From Eubacteriales bacterium (GTDB taxonomy: Bacteria; Bacillota; Clostridia; Oscillospirales; CAG-272), in the NCBI GenBank assembly GCA_045654585.1, contig JAZONS010000053.1, positions 19,950-83,949 of the forward strand: a stretch of 64,000 nucleotides of DNA, written 5' to 3'. Positions 54,679 to 64,000 of the stretch are shown piece by piece. The stretch's first letter is position 1, and the number at the start of each line of letters is the position of its first letter. The position numbers were made by a program, and so were the translations under genes. The notes beneath the pieces are model-generated. The model was given only the letters and a program-made list of their open reading frames with translations. It had not been told where the DNA came from and ran no database searches.

Positions 54679-56427
54679 TTATTTTACAAGATCGCCTATC
54701 GATGCTGAATTAATGATAATCGAGCTTGCATAGCGGTAATACATCTCGTCAGCAAAGCCTTCCTCGCCACCGCTCGCGGCAACCTTTTCGGCTCTGTAGT
54801 CTTTGATCGCCTCGTTATATTTTTCTATGCTCTCAAAGTCATCCGCAGTTTTTCCGTATTCGAGCGCATAAGATCTTTCAAGCTCCTTGCGACAGAATGA
54901 CTCGTATGCTTCCGTGTTATCCATAAGTCCTTCGGCACGGATTATCGAATAGAATATTATCTTTTCGAGAACCGCATCCTCGAGCCAATCCCAGACGTAT
55001 ACGTTCCAATATGCTCCGATGTCAAGTCCGAGCTGAGCCGTCATATATTCGTCAAAGCTCTCGTAACCTGCTCCGTTTTCGTTTGCGATCTCGCACGCGA
55101 GCTCCATTAAGGAAACGTAATCGTCATAGTCGTGCTGCACCTCTTTTTCAAGGGACTTCACGATCTCGACGTTTTCCTTTATCTGTGCCCAAAGAGCCTG
55201 CTCTGCGAGTATCTTTCGGTTCTCCTCGTATTCGAGCATAAGAGCCTCAAGATAATAATTCTCGCACTTCTCCACAAGAGTGTTACCGTCGTATTTTGCA
55301 AGTCTTGCTTCGGACAGGCCGAGAGTTTTCGTTATAAACTCAGCGTCAAACTCGGGGGTCTTGTAGCACTCGGTCTTTGCTATGTATAAATCAAAATAAA
55401 CAGTCTTGTTCCTGAGCTCCTCGTCCTCGTAATCGTACGGGAATACGGTCTTTACGGTAATCGGCTTTTCTCCGCCTCTCGATATGTAATCAACCGTGAA
55501 GTTTGTGAAGGTTATCTTCTTGCCCGAACCTGCGCGGGCGAGTGTAATTGGATCTTTATTCTCAACGCCGATTTTTTTCTCGGAAATGAAGTCGTAAATT
55601 CCCTCTCCCCACAAGCTTTCGTGGTTCTCATCGGAGAGGTCTATTCTAATGTTCACTCTGTCATAGAAAAGTCCGTCGTAATCGACGTAGCTCGCGGTTG
55701 CGTAAACAACGTCACCCTCGAGTATCTCACCTCCGACGTTGGTATAAAACGGCTTATACGTTCCCGATATATTCGGGACCTTTCCTATAAGTCCGCTCTC
55801 AAAGCCGTGGATATATAAATCGGTATCCGGAATCTCGATCTCCGACGTTGTTCCGCCGTCCGCGTTATAAAGAAATACAAAGCTGCCGCCTCCGACAACG
55901 AACTCGGCGTATTTGTTCATACCGTAATTCTTACAGTTGTTGAGCCCGTTTATCTCTTTTATACGCTCTCCGTTTTCGTCGGTCAGATATGCCGAATAGT
56001 AGAAATATATTTTATCTCCCTCGCCTATCGGCTCGTAATACTGCACAGCTCCACTAAAATCAAGTCCTGCTTTTTTTGCCGCAGCGGCCAGAACCTGCGT
56101 CTTTTTATCGTAAACGTCCATAATGTCGGGCTTACGGATAGCAACGTCTGCCTCAAGACCCGTGTAATCGCTCTTTTCCACCTCTACAAACTTATCAAGG
56201 CGGTCGTTTTCGTAATCAATACGCTTTACGGGTATTCCGAACACCTCTCCGAGAGTATAGTTTTTCGTATGCATAACTATACCTATTACCACCGTCGTTA
56301 CAACGGCGGTGACAAGGACGAAGGCGAGTATTATAAACCACGTATGCTGAAAAAGATCCGTAAACGATATCTTTTTATTTTTTTCCTCTGCGACATTTTC
56401 GATCGGTACGTTATTATTTTCTTTCAC
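54679..56427 (-). CDS. Signal-anchored (N-terminal TM) trigger-factor-like protein: FKBP-like plus TF C-terminal arm domain
   Basis: TM helix WFIILAFVLVTAVVTTVVIGIV. The segment FPYDYEDEELRNKTVYFDLYIAKTECYKTPEFDAEFITKTLGL...ILAEQALWAQIKENVEI parallels E. coli TF [42 protein letters not shown]...VKSQAIEGLVKANDIDV. GTG start with AGGAG 7 nt upstream. Confidence 0.65.
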   Translation of the reverse strand: MKENNNVPIENVAEEKNKKISFTDLFQHTWFIILAFVLVTAVVTTVVIGIVMHTKNYTLGEVFGIPVKRIDYENDRLDKFVEVEKSDYTGLEADVAIRKPDIMDVYDKKTQVLAAAAKKAGLDFSGAVQYYEPIGEGDKIYFYYSAYLTDENGERIKEINGLNNCKNYGMNKYAEFVVGGGSFVFLYNADGGTTSEIEIPDTDLYIHGFESGLIGKVPNISGTYKPFYTNVGGEILEGDVVYATASYVDYDGLFYDRVNIRIDLSDENHESLWGEGIYDFISEKKIGVENKDPITLARAGSGKKITFTNFTVDYISRGGEKPITVKTVFPYDYEDEELRNKTVYFDLYIAKTECYKTPEFDAEFITKTLGLSEARLAKYDGNTLVEKCENYYLEALMLEYEENRKILAEQALWAQIKENVEIVKSLEKEVQHDYDDYVSLMELACEIANENGAGYESFDEYMTAQLGLDIGAYWNVYVWDWLEDAVLEKIIFYSIIRAEGLMDNTEAYESFCRKELERSYALEYGKTADDFESIEKYNEAIKDYRAEKVAASGGEEGFADEMYYRYASSIIINSASIGDLVK

Positions 56428-56477
56428 AGATTTTCTCCTTTTTATTAAATTAAGAGTAATTCCGTTTTATTTGGTAC

Positions 56478-56915
56478 TTACGAGATAGGTATAAATGAGT
56501 CCGCATATGCAGTTGCCAAGGCATCGCAACGCTCGTTATAGTCATGGCCGTTATGCCCCTTCACCCATACGAAGTCAACCTCGTGTATTCTCGTCAATTC
56601 GAGCAGCTTTTGCCAAAGGTCGGGGTTTTTGACCTTGCCGCCGCGCCAGGCTGCCTTTTCCCAACCGTATATCCAGCCTTCAAGATATGCGTCAACCAGA
56701 TATTTGGAATCCGAATAAAGCGTAACTCGGCAGGGCTCCTTGAGCGCGCGAAGTCCTTCTATCGCTGCGGTAAGCTCCATTCTGTTGTTCGTGGTTTCTG
56801 CTTCTCCGCCGCTCATCTCTTTTTCATATTTTCCGTAAACAAGTATTGCGCCCCATCCGCCGCGCCCCGGATTTCCCCTGCACGCGCCGTCGGTATACAG
56901 CTGAACTTCTTTCAT
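56478..56915 (-). CDS. rnhA: Ribonuclease HI
   Basis: [39 protein letters not shown] and [18 protein letters not shown] motifs. Confidence 0.92.
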   Translation of the reverse strand: MKEVQLYTDGACRGNPGRGGWGAILVYGKYEKEMSGGEAETTNNRMELTAAIEGLRALKEPCRVTLYSDSKYLVDAYLEGWIYGWEKAAWRGGKVKNPDLWQKLLELTRIHEVDFVWVKGHNGHDYNERCDALATAYADSFIPIS

Positions 56916-56980
56916 ATTATCTCCCGATTAGTTAAAAACGGAGCCGCAGCATTTGTTGCGCAGCTCCGTTGTAGTCTTTA

Positions 56981-58987
56981 TTATTTGCTTGACTTTCTTT
57001 CGATCATAATGTACTTGGGCGCGCCGTTATCGTCGTATACGGTCTTGCCGTCAGCATCTTTTTCCACTGCAATAAGGTGGTTCATAAGAGCGTCGAACTG
57101 ATGTGCCGCAAGCACGTTGCTTGCACCGTAGGTCTCCTCATAAACCTCGAAGAACTTATCGTCATCCTTCTTGAAGTCCTTGATCTCGGACTTATCGTAG
57201 GTAACGTCCTCGTAAAGGCCGGATACAAAGTAGATAGTCATGATCTCTGCTACGTGCTCCTCAGCAAGCGCCCAGAGAGCATGCTTAGCCATTGTGAAAT
57301 CGTTACCGATAACGGTAGCCTTATCCGTCCAGTTGGAATCCGTCTTCATCTTTGCGATGAGGAAGGTCTCGAAGTCACCATACTTGTTGTAATTGGTCTG
57401 GGTAGAAGTAAAGTCGCCTGCATAGAAGTCAGCCTGGTAGATCTCATACATTCTGTCATAGGTCTCCTGAACAGCCTTTCTAGGATGATCGGTTACCTTA
57501 GCGGTAGCTATCATAAGCTTCCATACAGCAAGAACGATATTGTTCTTAACCTCTTCGTTATACTCCTCGGTAAGATACTCGCGAACAGCGGTATTGAAGT
57601 CTGCAACTACAGCCTCCTTAGCCTTAGCCTCGTCTGCGTTAACCTTCTTGTAAACGTTTGCAAGAGCTGTGTTAAGCTCAGGCGTAGCAGTCTCATCAAG
57701 CTTCTTTTTCGCGTCGTCCATAGTGCCTTTTGCAGCTGTTACTTTCTCGTCTGCTGCTGTCCAACCGGCTTCATCCTTTTCCTTGTTGATGGCATCGCGA
57801 GCCGCTACCTTATCGTCGTAATCCTCTTTAGCGTCTTCATACTTGGTCTCAGCCTCGTTGAACGCTTTTACCTTCTCGGCAAGAGTCTTAAGCTCCTCTT
57901 CAGCATCCTTAAGGCATGCAAGCTCTCTATCCTCGGTCTCAACAGTTCCGTCATCCTTCTCAACTTCCTTAACGGGAAGCTTTGCAAGAAGCTCCTTGAG
58001 AATAAGATCTGAGCTAAGCTCTTCTACTTCAAGGTAGTAAACAGGGTTGATGTGATAGGTAAGAGTAGTCTTCGCGGGAATCTTGTAGGTATCCTTTACC
58101 TTCTCGTCATAAATAACGAGGTCGCCCTTAGCGGGGGTAAGCTCTGTTTTAAGCTCACGCTCAACGAGGATCTCCTCGTTTACCTTCTTTGTATCACCAA
58201 CGGTAGATACCACCCAGTTAACCTTTACGTTGGTATAAGTATAGGTTATACCACCAACTGTTTCGGTGAAGGGCTTATCCGCTTCAGCCTTAACTTCGGT
58301 ACCAACCTTAGCCTTCTTGTCTAAGAGCAGGTTAACAATGTAAGAAGCATCCTTAGTAAGAGTAAGTTTCTCATTGGTATGAGTTTCCGTATGAGGATCA
58401 TCTTTACCGTCCTTATCCTTTACGGTCCATGCCTTAGTGTAGGTAACGTATACTACCTCACCCTCCTTAACCTCTTTTGCGGTAGAGTCGGGAGTGTAGA
58501 TATAAGATGCGATGTCCTTAAGCTTGCCGCCCTTTATAAGCTCAACGATCTGATCTCTGATAGCGATCTTGTCATCACCGGAAAGCTCGTTGTCACCAAG
58601 AGAAATCGTGGTAGTGGAAGCCTTTGCCATCTTCGAAGCGTAAAGGTAAACGTCCTCACCCTTAGCATTCTTGTAAGTTACATAATAGTTGTAAGTAAGC
58701 TGATCGAGAACGCTCATCTCACCCTCGGTAAGCTTAGCGTCTTTGTCAACTCTCGTCAAAAGAAGGTCGTTATAGATATAGTGCGCGATCTTCTTCTCTC
58801 TGGTTTCTTTATCCGTTGTAAATTCACCGTCTTCAAACTCAAGGTTCTTGAGGCCATCCTCGAAAGCAGCCTTATCAAACGTCATATACTGGTTAAGGTC
58901 GTCTTTGGTATAACTGTAACCGCAGGATACGAGCGAAAGAACCAGCATTACTACAACAAGAATAGAACTGATAATTCTTCTTTTCAT
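56981..58987 (-). CDS. Lipoprotein with trigger-factor-like C-terminal architecture and an inserted Lys/Glu/Asp coiled coil
   Basis: Lipobox LVLSLVSC at residues ~15-22. TLTYHINPVYYLEVEELSSDLILKELL and VREYLTEEYNEEVKNNIVLAVWKLMIATAKVTDHP resemble the TF linker/arm. Strongly AAG/GAG-biased codons suggest high expression. Confidence 0.6.
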   Translation of the reverse strand: MKRRIISSILVVVMLVLSLVSCGYSYTKDDLNQYMTFDKAAFEDGLKNLEFEDGEFTTDKETREKKIAHYIYNDLLLTRVDKDAKLTEGEMSVLDQLTYNYYVTYKNAKGEDVYLYASKMAKASTTTISLGDNELSGDDKIAIRDQIVELIKGGKLKDIASYIYTPDSTAKEVKEGEVVYVTYTKAWTVKDKDGKDDPHTETHTNEKLTLTKDASYIVNLLLDKKAKVGTEVKAEADKPFTETVGGITYTYTNVKVNWVVSTVGDTKKVNEEILVERELKTELTPAKGDLVIYDEKVKDTYKIPAKTTLTYHINPVYYLEVEELSSDLILKELLAKLPVKEVEKDDGTVETEDRELACLKDAEEELKTLAEKVKAFNEAETKYEDAKEDYDDKVAARDAINKEKDEAGWTAADEKVTAAKGTMDDAKKKLDETATPELNTALANVYKKVNADEAKAKEAVVADFNTAVREYLTEEYNEEVKNNIVLAVWKLMIATAKVTDHPRKAVQETYDRMYEIYQADFYAGDFTSTQTNYNKYGDFETFLIAKMKTDSNWTDKATVIGNDFTMAKHALWALAEEHVAEIMTIYFVSGLYEDVTYDKSEIKDFKKDDDKFFEVYEETYGASNVLAAHQFDALMNHLIAVEKDADGKTVYDDNGAPKYIMIERKSSK

Positions 58988-59152
58988 TTTTCATTCTCTT
59001 TCTCTATATTATTTTATTATACAATTTTGTGGCAAAGATGAATGTTTTTCTCACCCTCGCACATTAAGCACAGAACATTATAACATATAAATTTGAAAAA
59101 TGCAAACATTTTTTAAAAAAATATTGTTATTTATTAAAAATAATTTTGCGCA

Positions 59153-59184
59153 AGTGAAAAATGCCCGAATTTTGGCATTTTTCA
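59153..59184 (-). terminator. Hairpin terminator downstream of the DUF4340-like gene
   Basis: 12-bp perfect stem gtgaaaaatgcc / ggcatttttcac. The T-tract is strong on the plus strand and weaker on the minus strand. Confidence 0.5.
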
Positions 59185-59207
59185 CCCGCGTTTTTTTAAA
59201 ACGTGCT

Positions 59208-62200
59208 TTAATTCAGTATGCTATCCTCGGGATAAGGAAGCTCGTTATCGATATTATCTGCGTTAAGCAAGCCGAAATAGAGATTTACAAGCTTCTTGAA
59301 CGAGAAGATCGAAACGTAGAAATCGGAAACCGCGGCGATTTTCGTATCGTTGCCGGGGATCTCCTTATACAGATGTACAACAACGCGTCTGTCCGACACT
59401 CTGTAGAACTCATATACGTAGCTGAAGCCCTGCGCTATGCCCGTATTCTTATCGTTCATGGTGATAGCCATTCTCATAAGGAGCTTTCCGTTTTCGAGAG
59501 CATCCTCCTGCGCCTCGGCATCAATAAAGCCTTCGTACTGAGTGAAATAAAGCGCCTGGATAAACTCCTTGAAGTTTGACGTTCCAAGAGAGTCAAGCTC
59601 ATCATAGTTATCCGCGCCGTAAAGCTCACGGAAGCTTACAAAGCTCGTATTATTCTTTTCGAGATATTTCGAGAACTCGGTTTCGATACAATCGCCCGAC
59701 GGGGTTGCTATAACGTCGATAGCGTCGTATTTAACCGCAGACTGAAGCTGCTCAGCGGTAAGCTTATTCTTGCTGTAAAGCTTTCCGTTATAGGCGTAGA
59801 CCCAGTTGTGGTTAAGCTTATTGCTGTACCCACCCTTAAGGTCGTCCATCATAAACTCAATGTCGATTTCTCCGATATTCGTAATATCTGTAAGAACGAG
59901 ATTTCGTCTTGCGTAGAAATCAATAAAGTTACGCTCAAGGAACTCAAAGTGCTCTGCACTTATCTCTGCTATAACGTCATAAAGATCGGACGCTATATAT
60001 CTCGTTCCCGTTGCGGGATCTGCCGCGCTGATGTAGAGCGTAAAGCCGAGAGTTGCTACGTATTCATAGTCGTCAAGGCTTGTAAGGTAATCCTCCATCG
60101 AGGTATTCTCGGATTTATACTCCTTGACGGTTATACCTCTCGGAAGCTCGAAGTAGATAACGTTCTCATAGAGCTTGTTTTCACTGTAGCCGTACTTCAT
60201 AAGCTTTTCGGGAGTTATTACAACGTCAACCGTCTTTGCACCTACAAGTCCCGTAGAGCTGCTCGCGTTGGTAACAAGACCGCCAAGCAGTCTTACTACG
60301 GCTTCACACGCAGAGGCGTTAAGTCCGTAGAGTGAGTAGTCACCCTTCGCGGTTTTACCCGTTGTGTTGAGGTAGAAGGATTCACCGTAATAAGGATCAC
60401 GGTCGGACGCCTGCTGGAACGCGAAGGACACTATCTTTTCCTTAACAACGAAATGCTTTATTTCGTCGATCTCATACGTCGTAAATGAACCGATTATTTC
60501 AGCATAGGTATGATGCGTGTCAACTTTTATCGCATAATTGTCGGGATATTCTCCCGCAGCCTTACCCATAAGGGCTGCGTCAAGCTCCTCCGAGCTGTTT
60601 TCTTTATCACCGATTATAATCTCGATATCGGGGTACTCGGCAATCTTTACTCCGTCGATAAGATAGTAGCAGCTGATTCTTACCTTTGCGCCGTCAACTA
60701 CCTTTTCAAGAGTTTTGCCTTCTTCGGTATTTTCTTTTATACTCTTAATTTTGTCGATCACCATGGTAACGGTGGTCTTAACACTGTTCGCCTCGGTGTA
60801 CGTGCGTTCAAAGTCAACCGCGGTGGCTAAACTTCCCACGCCACTGCCCTCGAGCGCGTTTTTCACTTCATTCGGAAGAAGTGACGACGAGAGGTCGACG
60901 ATACCGACCATATCCTTGTCGGATACTGCCTTTCCGTCTTTTTTGAGTGAGTATGTGACCTTTATTCTCGCACCGTCGGGTACTACGGATCCCGCCGCGG
61001 TAATATCCTCGGCATCGGTAAGTATCGCGTCGATGGATTTAATTGAGTAACTGTATTTTACGTTGGCTTTCTCGTCTACCGTGTTAGAATAAACAGGAAT
61101 TGTGAATGAAAACATCGGCTGCTTTCCGGTAGATTTTCCAACTAAGGATTTGATGATCCTCTTCTGATCCGCAATAGTTGTATTGCTTCCGAGATCAAAC
61201 GTGAGAGTACTGTTCTCACCGACGTAAATGCCGCCATTAATTATGGAGCTGTCCTTGCTTACCTTCTCCGCGTTCGGCGACTTAACGTCCGCGTTCACTA
61301 TAACGTTTATTCCGTCGGTAGTATCAAGCGCGGGGATCACGTGATAAACGCCCTTCTCGTCATCATATGCATAGACGGTATTTCTGTACTGCTGATAATC
61401 CGTCGTAAGATAAGGCTCGAATGCGTTATCGATAGGAAGTCCCTCTGCAATAAGGATCGGGTTGATAAAATCGGTAAAGTTTAAAAAAGCATAATCCAAA
61501 TAATTGTTGTACGTGGTATAGATGAACGGTCTGTAATCGATCTCGTCTTCTTCGTTCATCGTACCTACCATGAAGTAATATCCGCTATTGGTTGGGAGCT
61601 TGCTTCCGACCTTAACGAAATACTCGCTCTCTTTTTCGTTTTTATGCTCGTTTTTCTTGTCGTTTTCATCGTCGTGAACCGAATAGGTCAAATTCACCAC
61701 GATCGGGGAGTCCTCTTCACCAAAGCCGAAGGCGGAGAGCTCCTTTGCTCTATCGGCTTCGTTATCGGAAAGAGTCATTTTTGAATCGAAATAAAGAGTT
61801 CCGAATGCGTTCAGAAGATAAGTGAGCTTCATAATAGTGCCGAAGTCGTCACCCTGCTCCTTAGCATAAACGTCATCGTACTCAAAGTTGCCGTCAGTTT
61901 CCATGATCGGCGGCAGATAAGGATATATCTCGCCGTCTGAATCCTGATAAGACATAACGAACGGGTTCTCGGTTTTGGGATCGCCGTCAAGATCCGTTCT
62001 TACGAAGCCATATCTGCGATCCGCACTTATCATTATTTTTGAAATGTGAGTTCCGTCGGTTCTGGGGTATGCAACAGCCCAATATTTATTGTAAATACTC
62101 TCGCCCCATTCGGTATCTACTACCGGGATCTCCTGCTTCGGCTCTTCTACGGGAGTATCCACCAGAAGAAGAGTGTTAAGCAATATCGCCGCAACGGTAA

Positions 62201-62270
62201 ATACCACAAGGACAGCAGCAAGTATTACTATAATAAGAGGCTTTTTCATTTTTTTCTTAACAACTATCAT
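59208..62270 (-). CDS. Very large N-terminally anchored protein in the DUF4340 position of a GldG-type ABC-accessory operon
   Basis: TM helix PLIIVILAAVLVVFTVAAILL, then about 990 aa of extracytoplasmic beta-rich sequence. Lies immediately downstream of the GldG-like gene. ATG at 62270 with GGAGG 10 nt upstream. DUF4340 is assigned by context, not by a motif I can verify. Confidence 0.5.
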   Translation of the reverse strand: MIVVKKKMKKPLIIVILAAVLVVFTVAAILLNTLLLVDTPVEEPKQEIPVVDTEWGESIYNKYWAVAYPRTDGTHISKIMISADRRYGFVRTDLDGDPKTENPFVMSYQDSDGEIYPYLPPIMETDGNFEYDDVYAKEQGDDFGTIMKLTYLLNAFGTLYFDSKMTLSDNEADRAKELSAFGFGEEDSPIVVNLTYSVHDDENDKKNEHKNEKESEYFVKVGSKLPTNSGYYFMVGTMNEEDEIDYRPFIYTTYNNYLDYAFLNFTDFINPILIAEGLPIDNAFEPYLTTDYQQYRNTVYAYDDEKGVYHVIPALDTTDGINVIVNADVKSPNAEKVSKDSSIINGGIYVGENSTLTFDLGSNTTIADQKRIIKSLVGKSTGKQPMFSFTIPVYSNTVDEKANVKYSYSIKSIDAILTDAEDITAAGSVVPDGARIKVTYSLKKDGKAVSDKDMVGIVDLSSSLLPNEVKNALEGSGVGSLATAVDFERTYTEANSVKTTVTMVIDKIKSIKENTEEGKTLEKVVDGAKVRISCYYLIDGVKIAEYPDIEIIIGDKENSSEELDAALMGKAAGEYPDNYAIKVDTHHTYAEIIGSFTTYEIDEIKHFVVKEKIVSFAFQQASDRDPYYGESFYLNTTGKTAKGDYSLYGLNASACEAVVRLLGGLVTNASSSTGLVGAKTVDVVITPEKLMKYGYSENKLYENVIYFELPRGITVKEYKSENTSMEDYLTSLDDYEYVATLGFTLYISAADPATGTRYIASDLYDVIAEISAEHFEFLERNFIDFYARRNLVLTDITNIGEIDIEFMMDDLKGGYSNKLNHNWVYAYNGKLYSKNKLTAEQLQSAVKYDAIDVIATPSGDCIETEFSKYLEKNNTSFVSFRELYGADNYDELDSLGTSNFKEFIQALYFTQYEGFIDAEAQEDALENGKLLMRMAITMNDKNTGIAQGFSYVYEFYRVSDRRVVVHLYKEIPGNDTKIAAVSDFYVSIFSFKKLVNLYFGLLNADNIDNELPYPEDSILN

Positions 62271-62287
62271 TTGTTCAGAGCCTCCTA

Positions 62288-64000
62288 TTATAAGTATTTG
62301 CGCTTGAGGCATATTACTACGCCTACAACAGCGATAGCTACGGGGATAATAACTATAGCTACCGTGATGATTACAAGAGCGGCAATTCCGAGAGTTTGCT
62401 TTTTGTTGGTTACGTCAGAATCACTCTTAATGCTCGAGTTAACAAGCATCTTTCCGCCGAAGCTGTCATTATCGTTATTCATCGAAAGACCGCCAAGTGA
62501 CGAGTCTGCGTGAGTTTCAAGTCTTGCAATATTCTGAACAAGCGCGGAAACAACGTCGTAGTTTGCATAGGATGCGTTTCCTATAAGGCTGTCCGTAAAG
62601 AAGCTTGCGCTCGCCGCGCAGAAAACGTAGGAATAAGTGTTTTCGCCCGTTTCTCTGTCTATCGTCTGTCTGCCGCCTACCGCAGCAAGTATCTGCTTGC
62701 CGACAGCGTTCGTAGCATTGTAAACCACCTCGTCGCCATATACGTTCTTACCGTAGGAAACGGAGGATGACGAGCTGTAAAGGAACGGTGCGAAGATTCT
62801 CGAGGTATCCGAGCTTCCCGCCTCGTTCGAGTTAACCGCCTCACCGTCCGAGGAAATGATCGTACCCGTGTCGCTTATTACAACTCTCGGGGAGGTGGAA
62901 ATAGCCGCAAATTCACCGTAAATGCTATTTGCGTAAGTGCCTTCTTCAAGATCGTAATCGGCAATTATGGTCGTGTGATCCGAGTCATCGCCGCTTACCT
63001 TGATATGATTCTTATCGTCCGACACTCTCGTATCGGTAAGCTTCATTCCCCACTCGTTGAGGAAGTCCTCAAGGTTGGGCATATCTTTTTCGTTTTTATA
63101 GTCCATCGTCATCATGATGGAGCCGTGAGAGCTTGCCATAAATCTGTCAAGCACCTCTGTTTCGGAAACGTAAGCAAATTCACCGAGCTTGCTCTCGTCA
63201 CAACCAAAATCCTCTTTCGGATCGTTGATGATGAGCAGCACGCAATCGTCGGGAACGTTAGGCTCGACAACCTTACCGGTAGCAAGACTTTCCTGCTCCG
63301 CCTTCTCTATAACGTCCTTCGCAAGGTTGAGGTTTTTCACCTCAAGTCCTCTTTCACGAAGAAGATCTACGAAGGTTCCGAGCTCAGGGGTTGCTACCTT
63401 TGTCGGATCATCCTTATCGAAATAAGTAGTAGTTCCGTGGTCGGTAACGAAATATGCAACGGGCTTGTTTACAAGCGTCAAAGAAAGAAGTATAGACGCA
63501 AGCTTATATTCTCCGTCAAACGCATACACAACGTTATCCGAGCCGATATGCCAGAACTTTTCGGCAGAGGTTATGCTGTATCTCTGTCCGTAGGATACTA
63601 TAACGTCATCGGAGTCTATCTGCGTCAACGACGTAGTCTTATACTGCGCTACGGCAGTAGGTGTCATATTTACGTTGACCGTTTCAACCTCGCAGTTATC
63701 AAACCTTTTCGAAAGCGCAAGAGCCATGTAATAAACCATTCTGGTCGTAGTGTTTGATATCAGATTGTCGGGATCGTCGCAAAACGTTATCTTTATACCG
63801 GGATCTCTCAGCTTGCCATCCTCGGTGTAGAACACTTTTTCGCACGCATCAAACATTCTGTCACGCACCGTGTAGAGTCCCTCGGGCGTCAGATCTATGT
63901 ACGCATTGCCGAAAATGACAAAATTCGTAACAAACAGATTGAGCGCGAGAAGCAACACGATTGAAAGAACGGTAATGACCGTGAATATTTTGGTACGGGT
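62288..64000 (-). CDS. GldG-like ABC-transporter auxiliary protein (ABC_transp_aux family); 5' end lies beyond the window
   Basis: N-terminal TM plus YIDLTPEGLYTVRDRMFDACEKV (typical DLT..K.YTLS opening). C-terminal TM anchor LGIAALVIITVAIVIIPVAIAVVGVVICLKRKYL. The frame stays open to position 64000. Confidence 0.7.
   Translation of the reverse strand, partial: TRTKIFTVITVLSIVLLLALNLFVTNFVIFGNAYIDLTPEGLYTVRDRMFDACEKVFYTEDGKLRDPGIKITFCDDPDNLISNTTTRMVYYMALALSKRFDNCEVETVNVNMTPTAVAQYKTTSLTQIDSDDVIVSYGQRYSITSAEKFWHIGSDNVVYAFDGEYKLASILLSLTLVNKPVAYFVTDHGTTTYFDKDDPTKVATPELGTFVDLLRERGLEVKNLNLAKDVIEKAEQESLATGKVVEPNVPDDCVLLIINDPKEDFGCDESKLGEFAYVSETEVLDRFMASSHGSIMMTMDYKNEKDMPNLEDFLNEWGMKLTDTRVSDDKNHIKVSGDDSDHTTIIADYDLEEGTYANSIYGEFAAISTSPRVVISDTGTIISSDGEAVNSNEAGSSDTSRIFAPFLYSSSSSVSYGKNVYGDEVVYNATNAVGKQILAAVGGRQTIDRETGENTYSYVFCAASASFFTDSLIGNASYANYDVVSALVQNIARLETHADSSLGGLSMNNDNDSFGGKMLVNSSIKSDSDVTNKKQTLGIAALVIITVAIVIIPVAIAVVGVVICLKRKYL

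Overview
This window looks like a chromosomal segment of an endospore-forming Firmicute, probably Clostridia-like. Supporting evidence: dpaA/dpaB, a GerA-family gene, a T-box-controlled type-2 ileS, and a Firmicute-type ~500-aa GalT. I call about 47 densely packed protein genes. Most have Shine-Dalgarno sites, and many transcription units are bounded by near-consensus sigma-A promoters and clear hairpin/T-tract terminators. Recognisable content: rnc; a 3-gene glycan-assembly module; the rhaBAD rhamnose operon with a divergent AraC-type regulator; a lacZ-galT-PAP2-MBL operon; birA, pfkA, holA, asnA, ileS and rnhA; a P-type ATPase; and the tail of a GldG/DUF4340 ABC-accessory operon that runs off the right edge. 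I saw no rRNA, tRNA, CRISPR array, transposase, integrase or recognisable defence genes, so I cannot point to one obvious novel system. The most unusual items are: (1) two exported trigger-factor-like proteins flanking rnhA; (2) a small membrane-anchored protein with an RNxxAH (HEPN-like) motif behind a consensus promoter; (3) a phosphoglycosyl-transferase/GT4 fusion translationally coupled to twin Wzy_C-type paralogs; (4) two tandem paralogous secreted proteins of unknown function; (5) a methylglyoxal-synthase-like protein lacking the catalytic Asp; (6) an in-frame TAG inside the flotillin gene at the left edge; (7) an orphan GerA-family subunit; (8) a 914-aa CvpA-like membrane protein. All functional calls come from reading motifs in the translations. 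No database search or structure prediction was possible.
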